64,000 bases of DNA from an uncultured Clostridia bacterium (GCA_947385375.1 CANDKR010000005.1:41907-105906); one strand, 5' to 3'; positions 1 through 11,659 are shown, numbered from the stretch's first letter. The notes: a model not told the origin generated them from the sequence alone. Numbers and translations are program-made.

Positions 1-26
1 ATAAATATTTATCAAGAATTTTAAAT

Positions 27-302
27 ATGTCAGATGAAATTGTATTTTTGGCAGTACCTACAAAATGTGAGTTTATGAAAGCTTTTAAATTATTTCAAGT
101 TTTTACTAAAGATTTCAAAATTGATAAAAATAAAATGACTTTGATTTTAAATAAAACTACAAATTTCGAAGTAGATGAATGTGTTTATAGAGAAAATTTA
201 GGAAATTTAGAAGTAAAGGGAAGGCTAAGATATAATGAGCAAATGGAATTAATAATGAACAAAAATGATTTAGATAGGAGGCTTGTATGGCTGGAGAATT
301 AG
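27..302 (+). CDS. hypothetical protein (91 aa)
   Basis: ORF with ATG start 6 nt after AGGA-like motif; no recognisable domain; overlaps start of next ORF by 16 nt. Confidence 0.35.
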   Translation: MSDEIVFLAVPTKCEFMKAFKLFQVFTKDFKIDKNKMTLILNKTTNFEVDECVYRENLGNLEVKGRLRYNEQMELIMNKNDLDRRLVWLEN

Positions 303-1015
303 CATTAGATTTAGATAATAGAATTACTTTAAATAATGGAATAGAAGAAAAACAAGAAAGTTTTTTAAAGAAAAATTTAGGTGTTATAGCAGATACAGCA
401 TTAGATGTAGGATTGAAAGTTATTTTACCAGATGTTATAGAAGATAAGGTTATTGAAATAAAAAATGTAATTTTTGAAAGTGGCTTAAAAGAAGGTCTAG
501 ATAGAGCAGTAGAAGAAGCAATAGATTTTGGAAAAAGCGTAGCAGGAATATTTACAGGGAAATTTGAAAATGTTGAACAAATAGATACAGTTATAAAAAA
601 AAGTGGAGTAATAGATACAATATCTGATGTATTAGACTCTAGTATCAAAAATGCGAAGAATTCTGAACTTATAGATACGAAGACTGCTAACTTAATAAAA
701 AAAGGAAAAAACACCATTTTAAGGTCAATGGAAGACAATATAGAAGATAAGTTAAGTCAACAAGTAAGAAATGTAAATAAATTAGAAACTTATTCTAATA
801 AATGGAAAGAAGCTTATGAAAAAAGAGATTTTGAAGAAATGTCAAAAGCATATAGAAATTTAGATAAATATATAGAAAGAATTATACCATTAGAAAATAC
901 AATAAGGGAAGCTAGAAAAATAGAAAATATACATAATTTAATAAAAAATAATGGTAAAAATTTTGATATTTCAGAAGAGGAAATTCAGCTTGCAGAAAAG
1001 CTTACAAATCCGTGA
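287..1015 (+). CDS. hypothetical Lys/Glu-rich protein (242 aa)
   Basis: ORF preceded by AGGAGG RBS; same strand and immediately upstream of gyrA; no recognised motif. Confidence 0.5.
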   Translation: MAGELALDLDNRITLNNGIEEKQESFLKKNLGVIADTALDVGLKVILPDVIEDKVIEIKNVIFESGLKEGLDRAVEEAIDFGKSVAGIFTGKFENVEQIDTVIKKSGVIDTISDVLDSSIKNAKNSELIDTKTANLIKKGKNTILRSMEDNIEDKLSQQVRNVNKLETYSNKWKEAYEKRDFEEMSKAYRNLDKYIERIIPLENTIREARKIENIHNLIKNNGKNFDISEEEIQLAEKLTNP

Positions 1016-1102
1016 AAAAAAGTCAATTTTTTGATTAAATTCCTTGCTTTTTTTACTTTGATTTTATATAATACAAGTAGTAAAGAAAGAGAGGAAGATT
1101 AA

Positions 1103-3547
1103 ATGGAAAGACAAGAGGAAAAGATTATTGAGCGTAACATTGAAGCTGAGATGAAAACAGCTTATATAGATTATGCTATGAGTGTTATCGTATCAAGAGC
1201 TTTACCAGATGCAAGAGATGGTTTGAAACCAGTTCATAGAAGAATTCTTTATTCAATGCACGAAGATGGAATTACTTCTGATAAAGCATATAGAAAATGC
1301 GCCAATACAGTAGGTTCTGTTTTAGGTAGATACCACCCACATGGAGACGCATCAGTTTATGACGCTATGGTTAGATTAGCGCAAGATTTCTCAATGAGAT
1401 ATACACTAATTGATGGGCATGGTAACTTTGGTTCAATAGACGGTGACCCAGCAGCTGCTATGAGGTACACTGAAGCTAGAATGGACAAGATTGCTGAGCA
1501 AATGTTGGTAGACATAGATAAAAATACAGTAAATTTTATGCCTAACTATGATGATAGACTTCAAGAACCAACAGTACTTCCAACAAGAATACCTGTATTA
1601 TTAGTAAATGGTTCATCAGGTATTGCTGTTGGTATGGCAACAAATATACCACCACATAATTTAAAAGAAGTTATAGATGGTATTATAAAAGTTATAGAAG
1701 ATCCTGATGTTAGTATTGAAGACTTAATGAAAATCATTAAAGGTCCAGATTTCCCAACTGGAGCAATGATTTTAGGAAAAGAAGGTATTAAAGAAGCTTA
1801 TACAACAGGTAGAGGAAAAATCACTATTAGAGGTGAAAGTGAAATAGAAGAAATGTCTGGAAATAGACAAAGAATTGTTGTTAGTTCACTTCCATACCAA
1901 GTAAATAAAGCTAAACTTATAGAAACAATTGCTAACTTAGTAAAAGACAAGAAAATCGAAGGTATTTCAGATATTCGTGACGAGTCAGATAGAGAAGAAA
2001 AAGTTAGAATTGTTATTGAGCTTAAGAGAGATGCAAGACCACAAGTTATCTTAAATCAATTATATAAACATACTCAATTACAAGATACTTTCGGTATTAT
2101 AACACTTGCATTAGTAGATGGTCAGCCTAAAATACTTACATTAAAACAATGTTTAGATGTATTTATAGATCATAGAAAAGAAGTAATTTTCAGAAGAACA
2201 AAATTTGAACTTGAAAAAGCAGAAGCTAGAGCTCATATTTTAGAAGGTTTGAAAATAGCTATTGATAATATTGATGAAATCATTAATATAATTCGTTCAG
2301 CTTATGATGATGCAAAAGAAAGATTAATGAAGAGATTTGGTTTATCAGATATACAAGCACAAGCTATTTTGGATATGCAACTTAAGAGACTATCTGGTTT
2401 GCAAAGAGAAAAACTAGAAGAAGAGTATAATGAACTTATGAAAATGATTGCATATTATAAAGAAATATTAGCTAGTGAGACATTAGTATATAATATAATC
2501 AAAGACGAATTACTTGAAATCAAAGAAAAATTCGGTGATGAAAGATTAACAAAAATTTGTGCAGCAGAAGGCGAATTTAATGAGGAAGACTTAGTTAAAG
2601 AAGAACAAGTTGTTATTACATTATCACACTTTGGATATATTAAGAGAATGCCAGTAGATACATATAAGAGTCAAAGACGTGGAGGAAAAGGTATTACAGG
2701 TATGGCAACTAGAGAAGAAGACTTTGTAAAAGATATCTTTACAGCTTCTTCACATGATACAATCTTATTCTTCAGTAACTTAGGTAAGATGTATAGACTA
2801 CGTGGCTTTGAAATTCCAGAAGCTGGTAGAACAGCTAAAGGAACAGCTATAGTAAACTTATTAAATCTTGAAGCAGGTGAAAAGATTTCAGCAATTATTC
2901 CAATTCAAAACTTTGCTGATGGTAAGTATATTCTTATGGCAACAAAGAATGGTTTAATTAAGAAAACACCACTTAAAGAATATGATTCTTCAAGAAAAAC
3001 AGGATTACTTGGAATAACATTAAAAGAGGAAGACAGCTTAATAGATGTTAGATTAACAGATGGAGAAGATAATGTAGTCTTAGTTACAAAGAAGGGTATG
3101 AGTATTACATTTGATGAAAAAGATGTTAGACCAGTAGGAAGAGTAACACAAGGTGTTATTGGAATGAGACTTGACGATGATGACAGTATTATAGGAATGG
3201 AACCGATAATTGCTGGTGGAAAAGCAACACTTCTTGCTATCACTGAAAATGGTTTTGGAAAGAGAACAGAACTTGATGAGTATAGAGTACAAAACAGAGG
3301 TGGTAGAGGAGTTATAACATATAAGATTACACCAAAAACAGGTGATATTGTTGGTATTAGAATTGTTAATGGTGATGAAGATGTTATGCTTATAACAGAT
3401 ACTGGAACAATTATAAGACTTAATGTAGAAGAAATCAGTATATTAGGAAGAGCAACACAAGGTGTTACTTTAATGAGAACAAATGATGGAGGAAAAGTAG
3501 TAAGTATTGAAACAATAGCACCAGAACAAGATGAAGAAGAAAAATAA
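1103..3547 (+). CDS. gyrA: DNA gyrase subunit A
   Basis: 814 aa; motifs YSMHEDGITSDKAYRKCANTVG, GRYHPHGDASVYDAM, GNFGSIDGDPAAAMRYTE, C-terminal beta-pinwheel repeats. Confidence 0.97.
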   Translation: MERQEEKIIERNIEAEMKTAYIDYAMSVIVSRALPDARDGLKPVHRRILYSMHEDGITSDKAYRKCANTVGSVLGRYHPHGDASVYDAMVRLAQDFSMRYTLIDGHGNFGSIDGDPAAAMRYTEARMDKIAEQMLVDIDKNTVNFMPNYDDRLQEPTVLPTRIPVLLVNGSSGIAVGMATNIPPHNLKEVIDGIIKVIEDPDVSIEDLMKIIKGPDFPTGAMILGKEGIKEAYTTGRGKITIRGESEIEEMSGNRQRIVVSSLPYQVNKAKLIETIANLVKDKKIEGISDIRDESDREEKVRIVIELKRDARPQVILNQLYKHTQLQDTFGIITLALVDGQPKILTLKQCLDVFIDHRKEVIFRRTKFELEKAEARAHILEGLKIAIDNIDEIINIIRSAYDDAKERLMKRFGLSDIQAQAILDMQLKRLSGLQREKLEEEYNELMKMIAYYKEILASETLVYNIIKDELLEIKEKFGDERLTKICAAEGEFNEEDLVKEEQVVITLSHFGYIKRMPVDTYKSQRRGGKGITGMATREEDFVKDIFTASSHDTILFFSNLGKMYRLRGFEIPEAGRTAKGTAIVNLLNLEAGEKISAIIPIQNFADGKYILMATKNGLIKKTPLKEYDSSRKTGLLGITLKEEDSLIDVRLTDGEDNVVLVTKKGMSITFDEKDVRPVGRVTQGVIGMRLDDDDSIIGMEPIIAGGKATLLAITENGFGKRTELDEYRVQNRGGRGVITYKITPKTGDIVGIRIVNGDEDVMLITDTGTIIRLNVEEISILGRATQGVTLMRTNDGGKVVSIETIAPEQDEEEK

Positions 3548-3677
3548 TTACTGAAGAAGAGCTTAGATAATATCTAGGCTCTTTCTTGTAGCTTAAGTAA
3601 TTCTTAATAAATTCTCTATTTTTTCTTAATAAAAGTATGATAATATAATTATAGAATAATACAAAGGGGAGCATTTT

Positions 3678-4376
3678 ATGTATAATATTTTAGTTTGTGA
3701 TGATGATAAAGAAATTGTAAAAGCAATTGATATATATTTAAGTAAAGAAGATTATAATGTGCTAAAAGCCTATAATGGCAATGAAGCATTAAATATTATA
3801 AGAAATAATGAAGTTCATCTTGTAATTTTAGATATTATGATGCCAGGTAAAGATGGAATAGAGACTTTAGAAGAAATACGAAAAGAGTTTACAATTCCAG
3901 TGCTTATGCTTTCTGCTAAATCAGAAGATAGTGATAAAATTATAGGATTGGATTTAGGTGCAGATGATTATGTAACAAAACCTTTTAATCCAATGGAATT
4001 AATAGCAAGAGTAAATTCTTGTATAAGAAGATATACAAAACTTGGTTCTATTGATGTAAAAGAAGGCTCTAAAATGTACAAAAGTGGAGATTTGGTTATT
4101 GATGATAATTTAAAAAAAGTAATGGTAGATGGAAATGAAGTAAAACTTACACCAACAGAATACAATATTTTGAAATTTTTATTAAAAAACAAAGGTACAG
4201 TATTTTCAATAGACCAAATTTATGAAAATGTATGGAAAGATGAGGCTTATGCAGCGGAAAATATTATTGCAGTACATATAAGACATATTAGAGAAAAAAT
4301 AGAAATAAATCCAAAAGACCCAAGATATTTAAAAGTAATTTGGGGAATTGGATATAAAATAGAAAAAATAGATTAA
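3678..4376 (+). CDS. two-component response regulator, OmpR/PhoB family (REC + winged-helix)
   Basis: N-terminal receiver (ILVCDDDKEI, LVILDIMMPGKDG), C-terminal trans_reg_C (LTPTEYNILKFLL, RYLKVIWGIGYK). Confidence 0.9.
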   Translation: MYNILVCDDDKEIVKAIDIYLSKEDYNVLKAYNGNEALNIIRNNEVHLVILDIMMPGKDGIETLEEIRKEFTIPVLMLSAKSEDSDKIIGLDLGADDYVTKPFNPMELIARVNSCIRRYTKLGSIDVKEGSKMYKSGDLVIDDNLKKVMVDGNEVKLTPTEYNILKFLLKNKGTVFSIDQIYENVWKDEAYAAENIIAVHIRHIREKIEINPKDPRYLKVIWGIGYKIEKID

Positions 4377-4387
4377 GGGGGATTGTT

Positions 4388-6707
4388 ATGAAAAATAGCA
4401 GTTTGTTAAGAGGTATTGGCTATATACTAATGCCTATATTAGTTGCGGTAATTATACTCTCTAGTTTTTATGTTTTTGCTATAAATGAAGGCTCATTTAT
4501 AACAGAAGAAGAATTTTTTAACCGGAGTGAATTTTAAATCTGCATATTTAGGTAGAATAAGAAGTGAAATGGAAGAGCTTATATTTGCAAATGACAGTTA
4601 TAAGATGATTCAAGATGGAGCAAATAGAATTTATTATACCAGTTATTATCCGATATATGGTATAGATGATTGTGGAAATTTCTTAATTATCTATAAAGAT
4701 AAGGCATTAACTAATATAAAATTTTCTAATGAAACTAATACACTTGCAGAAATAAAAGAAGAAGTTTTAAAACAGGAAAACAATAAAGTTACTTTCTGTT
4801 ATGAAAATAATCAATATATTTCAAATAAAGAAAGTTTCTTAGATGATTATACTACAGTTTTTTTAGATCATAAGACTACAATTACATATTATTCTAGTAA
4901 AAAAACAGGTGCTATTACTAGAAATGATTATTCAGGCTATGGATATGGATATAATTATGATAGCTCAGGGTATGAGGAAATTCCTGAAATTGAAGATGTT
5001 ATTGAGGCAACTGAAAATTCAGTAAATTATGTAGTACCAGATACTTCAACAGCTATGTTAACAGTGTCACCAGATGGTTCAACTAATACAGTAACAGCCA
5101 ATACTACAAATGAAATAGAGAGTGAAACAGCTCAAGAAAGAGATGTTGAACAATATACAGCAACATTAGAAGATTTTACAATTTATACATCTTTTATACC
5201 AGAGTTACCAGAGGGTAGTGATATAAAATTCGTAATTAATATAATGTCACAATTAAGACCTTATGAGCAACAAATAATGATTGCATTACCCGTATCTGTA
5301 ATTTTAACATTATTTATATCTATATTCTTAATAAATTCAATAGGACATGTAAAAGGCAAAGACGAAATACAATTAACAGATTTTGATAAAATACCATTAG
5401 AGCTTATGTTATGTATAGTTCTTATAATATTTGCACTTTTTGGAGTTAGCATAGAAGAAATAGGCTCAGATCTTATAAGAACGCAAGATACGTTTTTATC
5501 TACAATTGCAACTATATATATAATAGTTTTTGTTGTATTAGAAATATTTATGGTTACTTTAATAACTAGAATAAAAGCAAAGAAATTCTTAGACACTTGT
5601 ATTTGTGGAAGAATATTTAAGTGGACAGTAAAGACATTAAGTAAAATGTTAGATATTATAAAAAGCTGGCTATCAAAAATCTTTGGAGGCTTAAATAAAG
5701 CAAAACAGAAGATAGGTGAGAATATAAAACTTACTTGGAAGGTAATTGGATATCTTTCTATATGTATGCTTATAGCAATACTTGCATTATTAATTTTTGG
5801 TGGTGGAGGCATAATTATAGATGGTTTCTTAATACTATTTGTTATGTTCCAAATAATTGCTAGAGTAAACAGTTTTGCTAGATTAGAAGCAGGACTTAAA
5901 GAAATATATGAAGGAAATAATACTGTAAGACTATATAAAGATGATTTTTCAAAAGAATTTGAAAACTGTGTAGACTATGTAAATGACATATCAAATGGAT
6001 TTGAAAATGCAATAGAAGAGGGGTTAAAATCAGAAAGATTAAAAACTGAACTTATTACAAATGTTTCACATGATATAAAAACACCGCTTACATCAATTAT
6101 AAATTATGTTGATTTAATAAAAAAAGAGAACATAGACAATGAAAAACTTAAAGAATATGTTGATATATTAGATAATAAATCACAACGCTTAAAGAAACTA
6201 ACAGAAGACCTTGTAGAAGCTTCAAAAGCCTCTTCTGGTAATGTTAGTCTAAACTTAGAAGAAATCGGCTTAATTGAGCTTTTAAATCAATTAATAGGTG
6301 AATATAAAGATAAGTTTGAAGAGAAGAACTTAGAAGTAGTTACAAACTTATCTAAGGTAAATATAAAAGTAAAAGCAGATAGTAGGTATTTGTATAGAGT
6401 TATAGACAATCTATTTGGAAATATTTCAAAGTATGCTTTAGATGGTTCAAGAGTATATGTAGAAACAGAAATACTAGAAGCTGGACGTGTAAAAGTTATC
6501 CTAAAAAATATCTCTAAAGATAAATTAAATATCTCAGAAGAGGAATTAATGCAAAGATTTGTTAGAGGAGATAAATCAAGAACTACTGAAGGAAGTGGAC
6601 TGGGATTAGCAATAGCAAGAAGCTTAACAGAACTTCAAAAAGGAACCTTAAATTGTAAGATAGATGGAGATTTATTTAAAGTAGAAGTTGAATTCAATTT
6701 AATATAA
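4388..6707 (+). pseudogene. sensor histidine kinase cognate to the upstream regulator; N-terminal TM1 segment (4388..4537) is in a different frame from the main ORF (4527..6707)
   Basis: GGGGGA RBS then ATG at 4388 encodes a TM helix ending at 4537; the main ORF is open only from 4503 and lacks TM1. Removing one T from the T6 run at 4514-4519 fuses the frames. HisKA (SHDIKTPLTSI) and HATPase (GSGLGLAIA) motifs present. Confidence 0.8.
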
Positions 6708-6713
6708 TAAACA

Positions 6714-6742
6714 AAAAACGCTTGCAGATGCAAGCGTTTTTT
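6714..6742. terminator. bidirectional intrinsic terminator hairpin (AAAAAACGCTTGCA-GATG-CAAGCGTTTTTT)
   Basis: perfect 10-bp stem flanked by A-run and T-run between convergent genes. Confidence 0.65.
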
Positions 6743-6747
6743 GATTT

Positions 6748-7774
6748 CTATTCAGCATTTTTCTTAAGCTTTCTCATTCTTAAATCTTCTCCGAAGAAAC
6801 GAAGAAAACGATAGTTACCAGCAAGTCTTGAACCAATACGTGGTGTGTACATCTTGAAAAGTTCTTCTGGAGTAAGATTTGTAGAGATAATAGTTTTTGT
6901 TATCTTATGGTTTTGATTTAAAAGTCTGGTATTTATTATATTAAATAATTCCTCAATTTTATAGTCATTAACAGTTTCTGTACCTAAGTCGTCTATGATA
7001 AGTAAGTCGACATTTAATACATTATCAAATAGATTTATATTAGAATTTTCTTTTCCAAATTTAGCATCAATAATGCTATTTAGCATAACTGGTGCTGTTT
7101 GATAAAGTACAGTTTTTCCTTCTTTTAATAGTTCATTTGCAAGGCAGTTAGTAAGAAAAGTTTTTCCGAACGCCAGTATTTCCTGTGAAAAGTAAGTTTT
7201 TTTCAGCTGGGTCATCAAAATTATCTATAAAACTTTGTACTTTTTCTTTTATTAGTTTAATATTTTGTCTAGGAGATATATCTGATTTATATATTTCTTT
7301 ATTAACTTTATCTGAGAAAATTCTAGAGTCAAAAGTAGAGAAATTTTCAAGTTCTAAGTTTCCCATATTAGACTTATTATAAGCTATATCATAGATACGT
7401 TGCTTGAAACAAGTACACATCTTTGATACACCATCTCTTAAAACATAACCTGTATCTTTGCACATTTTGCACTCAAATTGTGGATTAAGGAAGTCAGAAT
7501 CTTTTGATAAAGATTTTAAAAATGCAGATTTTTCTTTTATAAGTGCATTAGTTTTTTTCTTTAAATCACTAAGTAATTTTTCTTTTTCACTTTCATTTGA
7601 AATCAAAATTGCTTTAGTAGTTTGCAAAGAAAGATTAGCAAGCTCTTTTTCTATTTCAGATAAACGTGGATTTACTGCTAAAAGTTCGGCTTTACGTTTT
7701 TCAGCAAGAAGATTTGCTTTATTTCTTTTTTCATCATATTCGTGTAAAATCTGTTTTAGCAGTGATTTCTCCAT
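6748..7774 (-). pseudogene. DnaC/DnaI-like helicase loader (IstB-like AAA+), frameshifted inside the Walker A motif
   Basis: Upstream ORF ends LLFTGNTGVRKNFSY* and downstream ORF carries FGKTFLTNCLANELL...LLIIDDLGTE. Deleting one base (coding-strand GGCGTT[C]GGAAAAAC, plus strand near 7168) restores GNTGVGKTFLTNC. Confidence 0.8.
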
Positions 7775-7785
7775 TTTTCCTCCAA

Positions 7786-8739
7786 TTAATTATCATATAA
7801 GGAATCTAAATTGTCGAAAGTACTTTGAGTATAACTAAATTCAGGTATCCTTTTTTCAATTTGTTTTATTTTAGTTGATTTGTCTTTTTTTGATTGTTTA
7901 TAAGTTTCTATTTCTTCAACTGTATTTAAGCCTTTTTCGTGCCAGTCTGTAAGGATTTTATCAAAATAATTTAAACTTGCATTTGCTGTTGAAGTAGAAG
8001 CTTTTAGTGCAAGCTCAATTATAGAAATATCATAATTGAATTCTTCTGACCATTTTCTAATAAGTTCTTCATCGAAAGCAGTTATAGTACGGCGTAATTT
8101 CTTGCCAATATCTTTTGATAAAATATGTAATTTATCTTGTTTTAGCTCGTATGCTTCTAAATCATTAAAGTCCTTTATGTTGTGGCTTGCCCAAGCATCT
8201 GCTACTGTTTGGATATATCCACGAGTCATTGCTTTTTTATCAAAGCAGTAGCCAAAAAGTGCAAGCATAACTTGTTCATCAAATCCGTATTTATTAAACC
8301 AAAAATCAATATCATTATACCAAGTAGTGTTCATAACACCTTGGAAAAATAGTGTATTTATATTTTCAATTGCTTGAGCTCTATATTGATTTTGATGTGT
8401 TTTTTCTATATCTTCTGGTGAAGAAGTAATCTTTGGTGAATATAGTTTTGTAAGTTCTAATTCTTGGATATTTGTAACAGAATAGCCTTCAGGTAATTTT
8501 ATAAGTAAATTCTGATTCATTAGATGTTGAAGAGCTTCTTCTACATCAGGATAAGGGATAGCTAGTCTTTTTGATAAATCATTGATTTTAACGTCCTTAT
8601 TGTGTTTTGCAAGAAAAAGGACATACAAATAAACCTTCAAAAAATTTCCATTCATTGAAGGCATATATTCAGTAAAAAATACATCTGGTATCTCTGTACA
8701 AGAGAACAACTGAGATTTATCACTAAGTTCTAACTTCAT
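7786..8739 (-). CDS. DnaD-domain replication initiation/membrane attachment protein (DnaB/DnaD-like)
   Basis: 317 aa; N-terminal wHTH-like region, C-terminal DnaD-like repeat with NYFDKILTDWHEKGLNTVEEIE; immediately upstream of DnaI-like gene as in Firmicutes dnaB-dnaI operons or phage replication modules. Confidence 0.7.
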   Translation of the reverse strand: MKLELSDKSQLFSCTEIPDVFFTEYMPSMNGNFLKVYLYVLFLAKHNKDVKINDLSKRLAIPYPDVEEALQHLMNQNLLIKLPEGYSVTNIQELELTKLYSPKITSSPEDIEKTHQNQYRAQAIENINTLFFQGVMNTTWYNDIDFWFNKYGFDEQVMLALFGYCFDKKAMTRGYIQTVADAWASHNIKDFNDLEAYELKQDKLHILSKDIGKKLRRTITAFDEELIRKWSEEFNYDISIIELALKASTSTANASLNYFDKILTDWHEKGLNTVEEIETYKQSKKDKSTKIKQIEKRIPEFSYTQSTFDNLDSLYDN

Positions 8740-8871
8740 TTTAAAAACCCCTTTTATATTTAATTATTATCTTTTGTACAGTACCTGAAATTATATCACA
8801 TAAAAAATAAAAAAGCTATATACATAAAAAAATATTTTTGATATTATAGTAATTAAAGAAATGGAGTAAAT

Positions 8872-9828
8872 ATGAAAAAAAGATATATGTTTTTAAGTGC
8901 AGTAGCAGTTGGAATAATAATGTTTATTTTGTATCTAATAAATGTTGAATTTCTAAAACTATATATAGTTTTTTTTATGGTTTTAGCGATGCTACTTATT
9001 GTACCAATGTTTATAGTTGATGTTCAAGCAAAACCACCAATTAGTACGATTATACAGTATAATCTAAAAGAAGAAAGATTTAAAAATAGAAAAGTTTTTA
9101 TAATTACTTCTAAACAAAATAGCGATATGAGTGATAAATATATTTTATATTTGCATGGTGGAGCTTATGTAATGGAAGCAAGCTACAAGCATTGGCAGTT
9201 TTTAGAGGAGATAGTGGATAGAACAGGTATGACACTTGTACTTCCAGATTATCCATTAACACCTAAGAATACTTATAAAAAAGTGTTTGAAATGATAGAA
9301 CCTTTGTATAGAGATTTAATTGCTAAAGTAGGAAAAGAAAGATTAATATTGATGGGTGATTCAGCAGGTGGGGGAATGGCACTTGGACTACTTGAAAAAA
9401 TGGGCGAGATTGGTGAAAAAATGCCGTATAAGACAATTTTATTATCGCCTTGGCTTGATGTTACAATGACAAATCCAGAAGTAGAAGAAAAAGAGAAAGT
9501 AGATCCTGTACTTTTAAAAGAAGCCTTAATTGTAGCTGGTAAAAAATATGCTGGAGAAGATGGAATGGATAGCTACTTAGTAAACCCAATAAGGCGGACC
9601 ATTACAAAAATTAGAAAATATTACAATATATACAGGAACTTATGATATGCTAAATCCAGACGTACACGTATTTATGGAAAAAGCTGAAAAGGCAGGACTA
9701 AAAATAGATTTACGTGAAAAAGAAAAGGCTATACATATTTGGATGACACATATTGAAAATAAAAAAGTTTCTTATGCGAGAGAAACATTTGAAGATATTG
9801 TGAGTTTATTACAAGAGAAAGGTTAATT
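8872..9828 (+). pseudogene. alpha/beta-hydrolase esterase/lipase (hormone-sensitive-lipase family, HGG and GDSAG motifs), frameshifted near 9591
   Basis: N-terminal TM anchor, LHGGAYV and GDSAGGGMALG motifs; the reading frame continues in another frame (GGPLQKLENITIYTGTYDMLNPDVHVFMEKAEKAGLKIDLRE...) until 9828. Removing one A at CCAATA[A]GGCGGA joins them. Confidence 0.75.
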
Positions 9829-11094
9829 ATGAGATATAAAAGGAAAGAAGGGTTAGCGTGGAGAAGACTTGATAATTATGCTAAGCTTTTCCCACTTGCG
9901 TCAACTAAAAAATATAAAACTGTTTTCAGAATTTCTGCTGTATTAAAAGAGCAGATTGATCCTGAAATATTAGAAAAATCAGTTAGAGTAGCACTTAATA
10001 AGTTTAAGTTCTTTAAAGTAAGAATGAGAAAAGGACTATTTTGGTACTACTTTGAGAATAATAGTAAAAACCCTGTGGTAGAAGAGGAAAACGACTATCC
10101 TTGTAAATTTATTGATTTACCTCTTAATAATGATTATTTATTTCAAGTAACATATTTCGATTGTAAAATAAACTTAGAAATATTCCATTGTTTAACTGAT
10201 GGTAGCAGTGCAACACATTTCTTAAAAGAGATTGTTTATAATTATATTGAAATGAAGTATTTAAAGCACAGTAGCACAGCATTAACTAGTGAAAGAAAAA
10301 TACAATATACTTCTGAAGACATTTATAGTAAGAATTATGATAAGAAAATAAAGGCTAAAAGAGAAGTAAAAAGAGCGTATAATTTAAAGGGCAGACTACT
10401 TCCACCAGGAGTAGTTGGCGTTACTCATGAATATATGAGTTCTAATAAAATAAGAGAGGTTGCTAAATCTAAAGGTGCTACAATTACTCAGTTTTTAACG
10501 GCTAGTCTTATATATGCTATACATAAAGCAGGAGTGGAAAAGGATAAAAATAAAAGAGAAGTCAGAATTCAAGTGCCAGTAAACTTAAAGAAATATTTTC
10601 CATCATATACGAGTAGCAATTCGTTTTCATATATAGATGTTAATGTAGATACTGATAAAGCTGGAAGTTATGATAATATCTTAGAAGAAGTAAAAAAACA
10701 ATTTGCAGAAAAACTTACAGAAGAAGAACTATTAAAAACTATTGCAGTAAATCTAAAACTTTCTAATAATTGGATTTTAAGATGTGTACCACTATTTTTA
10801 AAGAAAATAGCAGTATCACACGCACATAAGAAAATTAGAACTTATAATACAACAACACTATCAAATGTTGGCAGAATAGGTATAATGTCAGAATATAAAC
10901 CATATATAGATAAGTTTTTATTACTTATTGCACCTGAAAATGTTGAAAAAATCAAATGTACAGTTTGTGCTTATGAGGATATCACAGTATTTTCAATTAC
11001 TTCTGTTATAGAAGAAAAAAGTGTTGAAAATACTTTAAAAGAAATCTTAGAAAGTCAAGGAATTGAAGTACAAATTGAAGGAAATGAGGTGTAA
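9829..11094 (+). CDS. acyltransferase-like protein with HxxxDG motif (condensation/WS-DGAT/CAT-like fold)
   Basis: 421 aa; motif FHCLTDGSSATHF; translationally coupled to the upstream esterase (stop TAA 4 nt before ATG). Confidence 0.5.
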   Translation: MRYKRKEGLAWRRLDNYAKLFPLASTKKYKTVFRISAVLKEQIDPEILEKSVRVALNKFKFFKVRMRKGLFWYYFENNSKNPVVEEENDYPCKFIDLPLNNDYLFQVTYFDCKINLEIFHCLTDGSSATHFLKEIVYNYIEMKYLKHSSTALTSERKIQYTSEDIYSKNYDKKIKAKREVKRAYNLKGRLLPPGVVGVTHEYMSSNKIREVAKSKGATITQFLTASLIYAIHKAGVEKDKNKREVRIQVPVNLKKYFPSYTSSNSFSYIDVNVDTDKAGSYDNILEEVKKQFAEKLTEEELLKTIAVNLKLSNNWILRCVPLFLKKIAVSHAHKKIRTYNTTTLSNVGRIGIMSEYKPYIDKFLLLIAPENVEKIKCTVCAYEDITVFSITSVIEEKSVENTLKEILESQGIEVQIEGNEV

Positions 11095-11095
11095 T

Positions 11096-11659
11096 ATGTT
11101 ATATCCAAAGATTACAAATGTAAAAAAAAGCAGAGATATTTGGACAATATTAATTATCTTATCCGTATTTTTAGATGTGACACTTATGACAATTAATTTA
11201 ATGTTTAGCGGTAGATTAAATTGGTCAATCATTGCGATAGTTAGTGAGATTTACCTTTGGATTTCTATTACTTATGCTTTAGATAAAAACGTTAACTTAG
11301 CATCATATACTTTAATTCAAATGCTAGTAATATCACTGTTTTTATTTATTATAGACTTAGTTTTTGGGTTCTATAAATGGTCTTTTAGTATAGGAATACC
11401 AATAGTTATAATGGTTTCAAATATAACAATGTTAATTATCACTATGATAAAACAAAAAAAGTATGTAAAATATGCTTTTTATGAAATTTTAATTTTATTG
11501 TTTAGTATTGCTTATGATGTGTTCATAAGTATGGTTTCAATACATATTCCACTTCTAAATATCATTACAATATGGGTATGTATAACCAATTTGTCTTTTG
11601 TCTTAATACTTAACTTTGATGTTTTAAAAGTAGAAGTTCAAAAGAAATTTCATATATGA
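11096..11659 (+). CDS. polytopic membrane protein (about 6 TM helices), hypothetical
   Basis: ATG at 11096 after GAGGTG RBS; the longer ORF from 11063 overlaps the upstream gene and lacks an RBS. Confidence 0.5.
   Translation: MLYPKITNVKKSRDIWTILIILSVFLDVTLMTINLMFSGRLNWSIIAIVSEIYLWISITYALDKNVNLASYTLIQMLVISLFLFIIDLVFGFYKWSFSIGIPIVIMVSNITMLIITMIKQKKYVKYAFYEILILLFSIAYDVFISMVSIHIPLLNIITIWVCITNLSFVLILNFDVLKVEVQKKFHI

Noticed and set aside
157-738. 193-aa minus-strand ORF overlapping two plus-strand ORFs near the window start
   Set aside because: It is antisense to AT-rich coding sequence, Phe/Ile/Ser-rich low complexity, and has no RBS.
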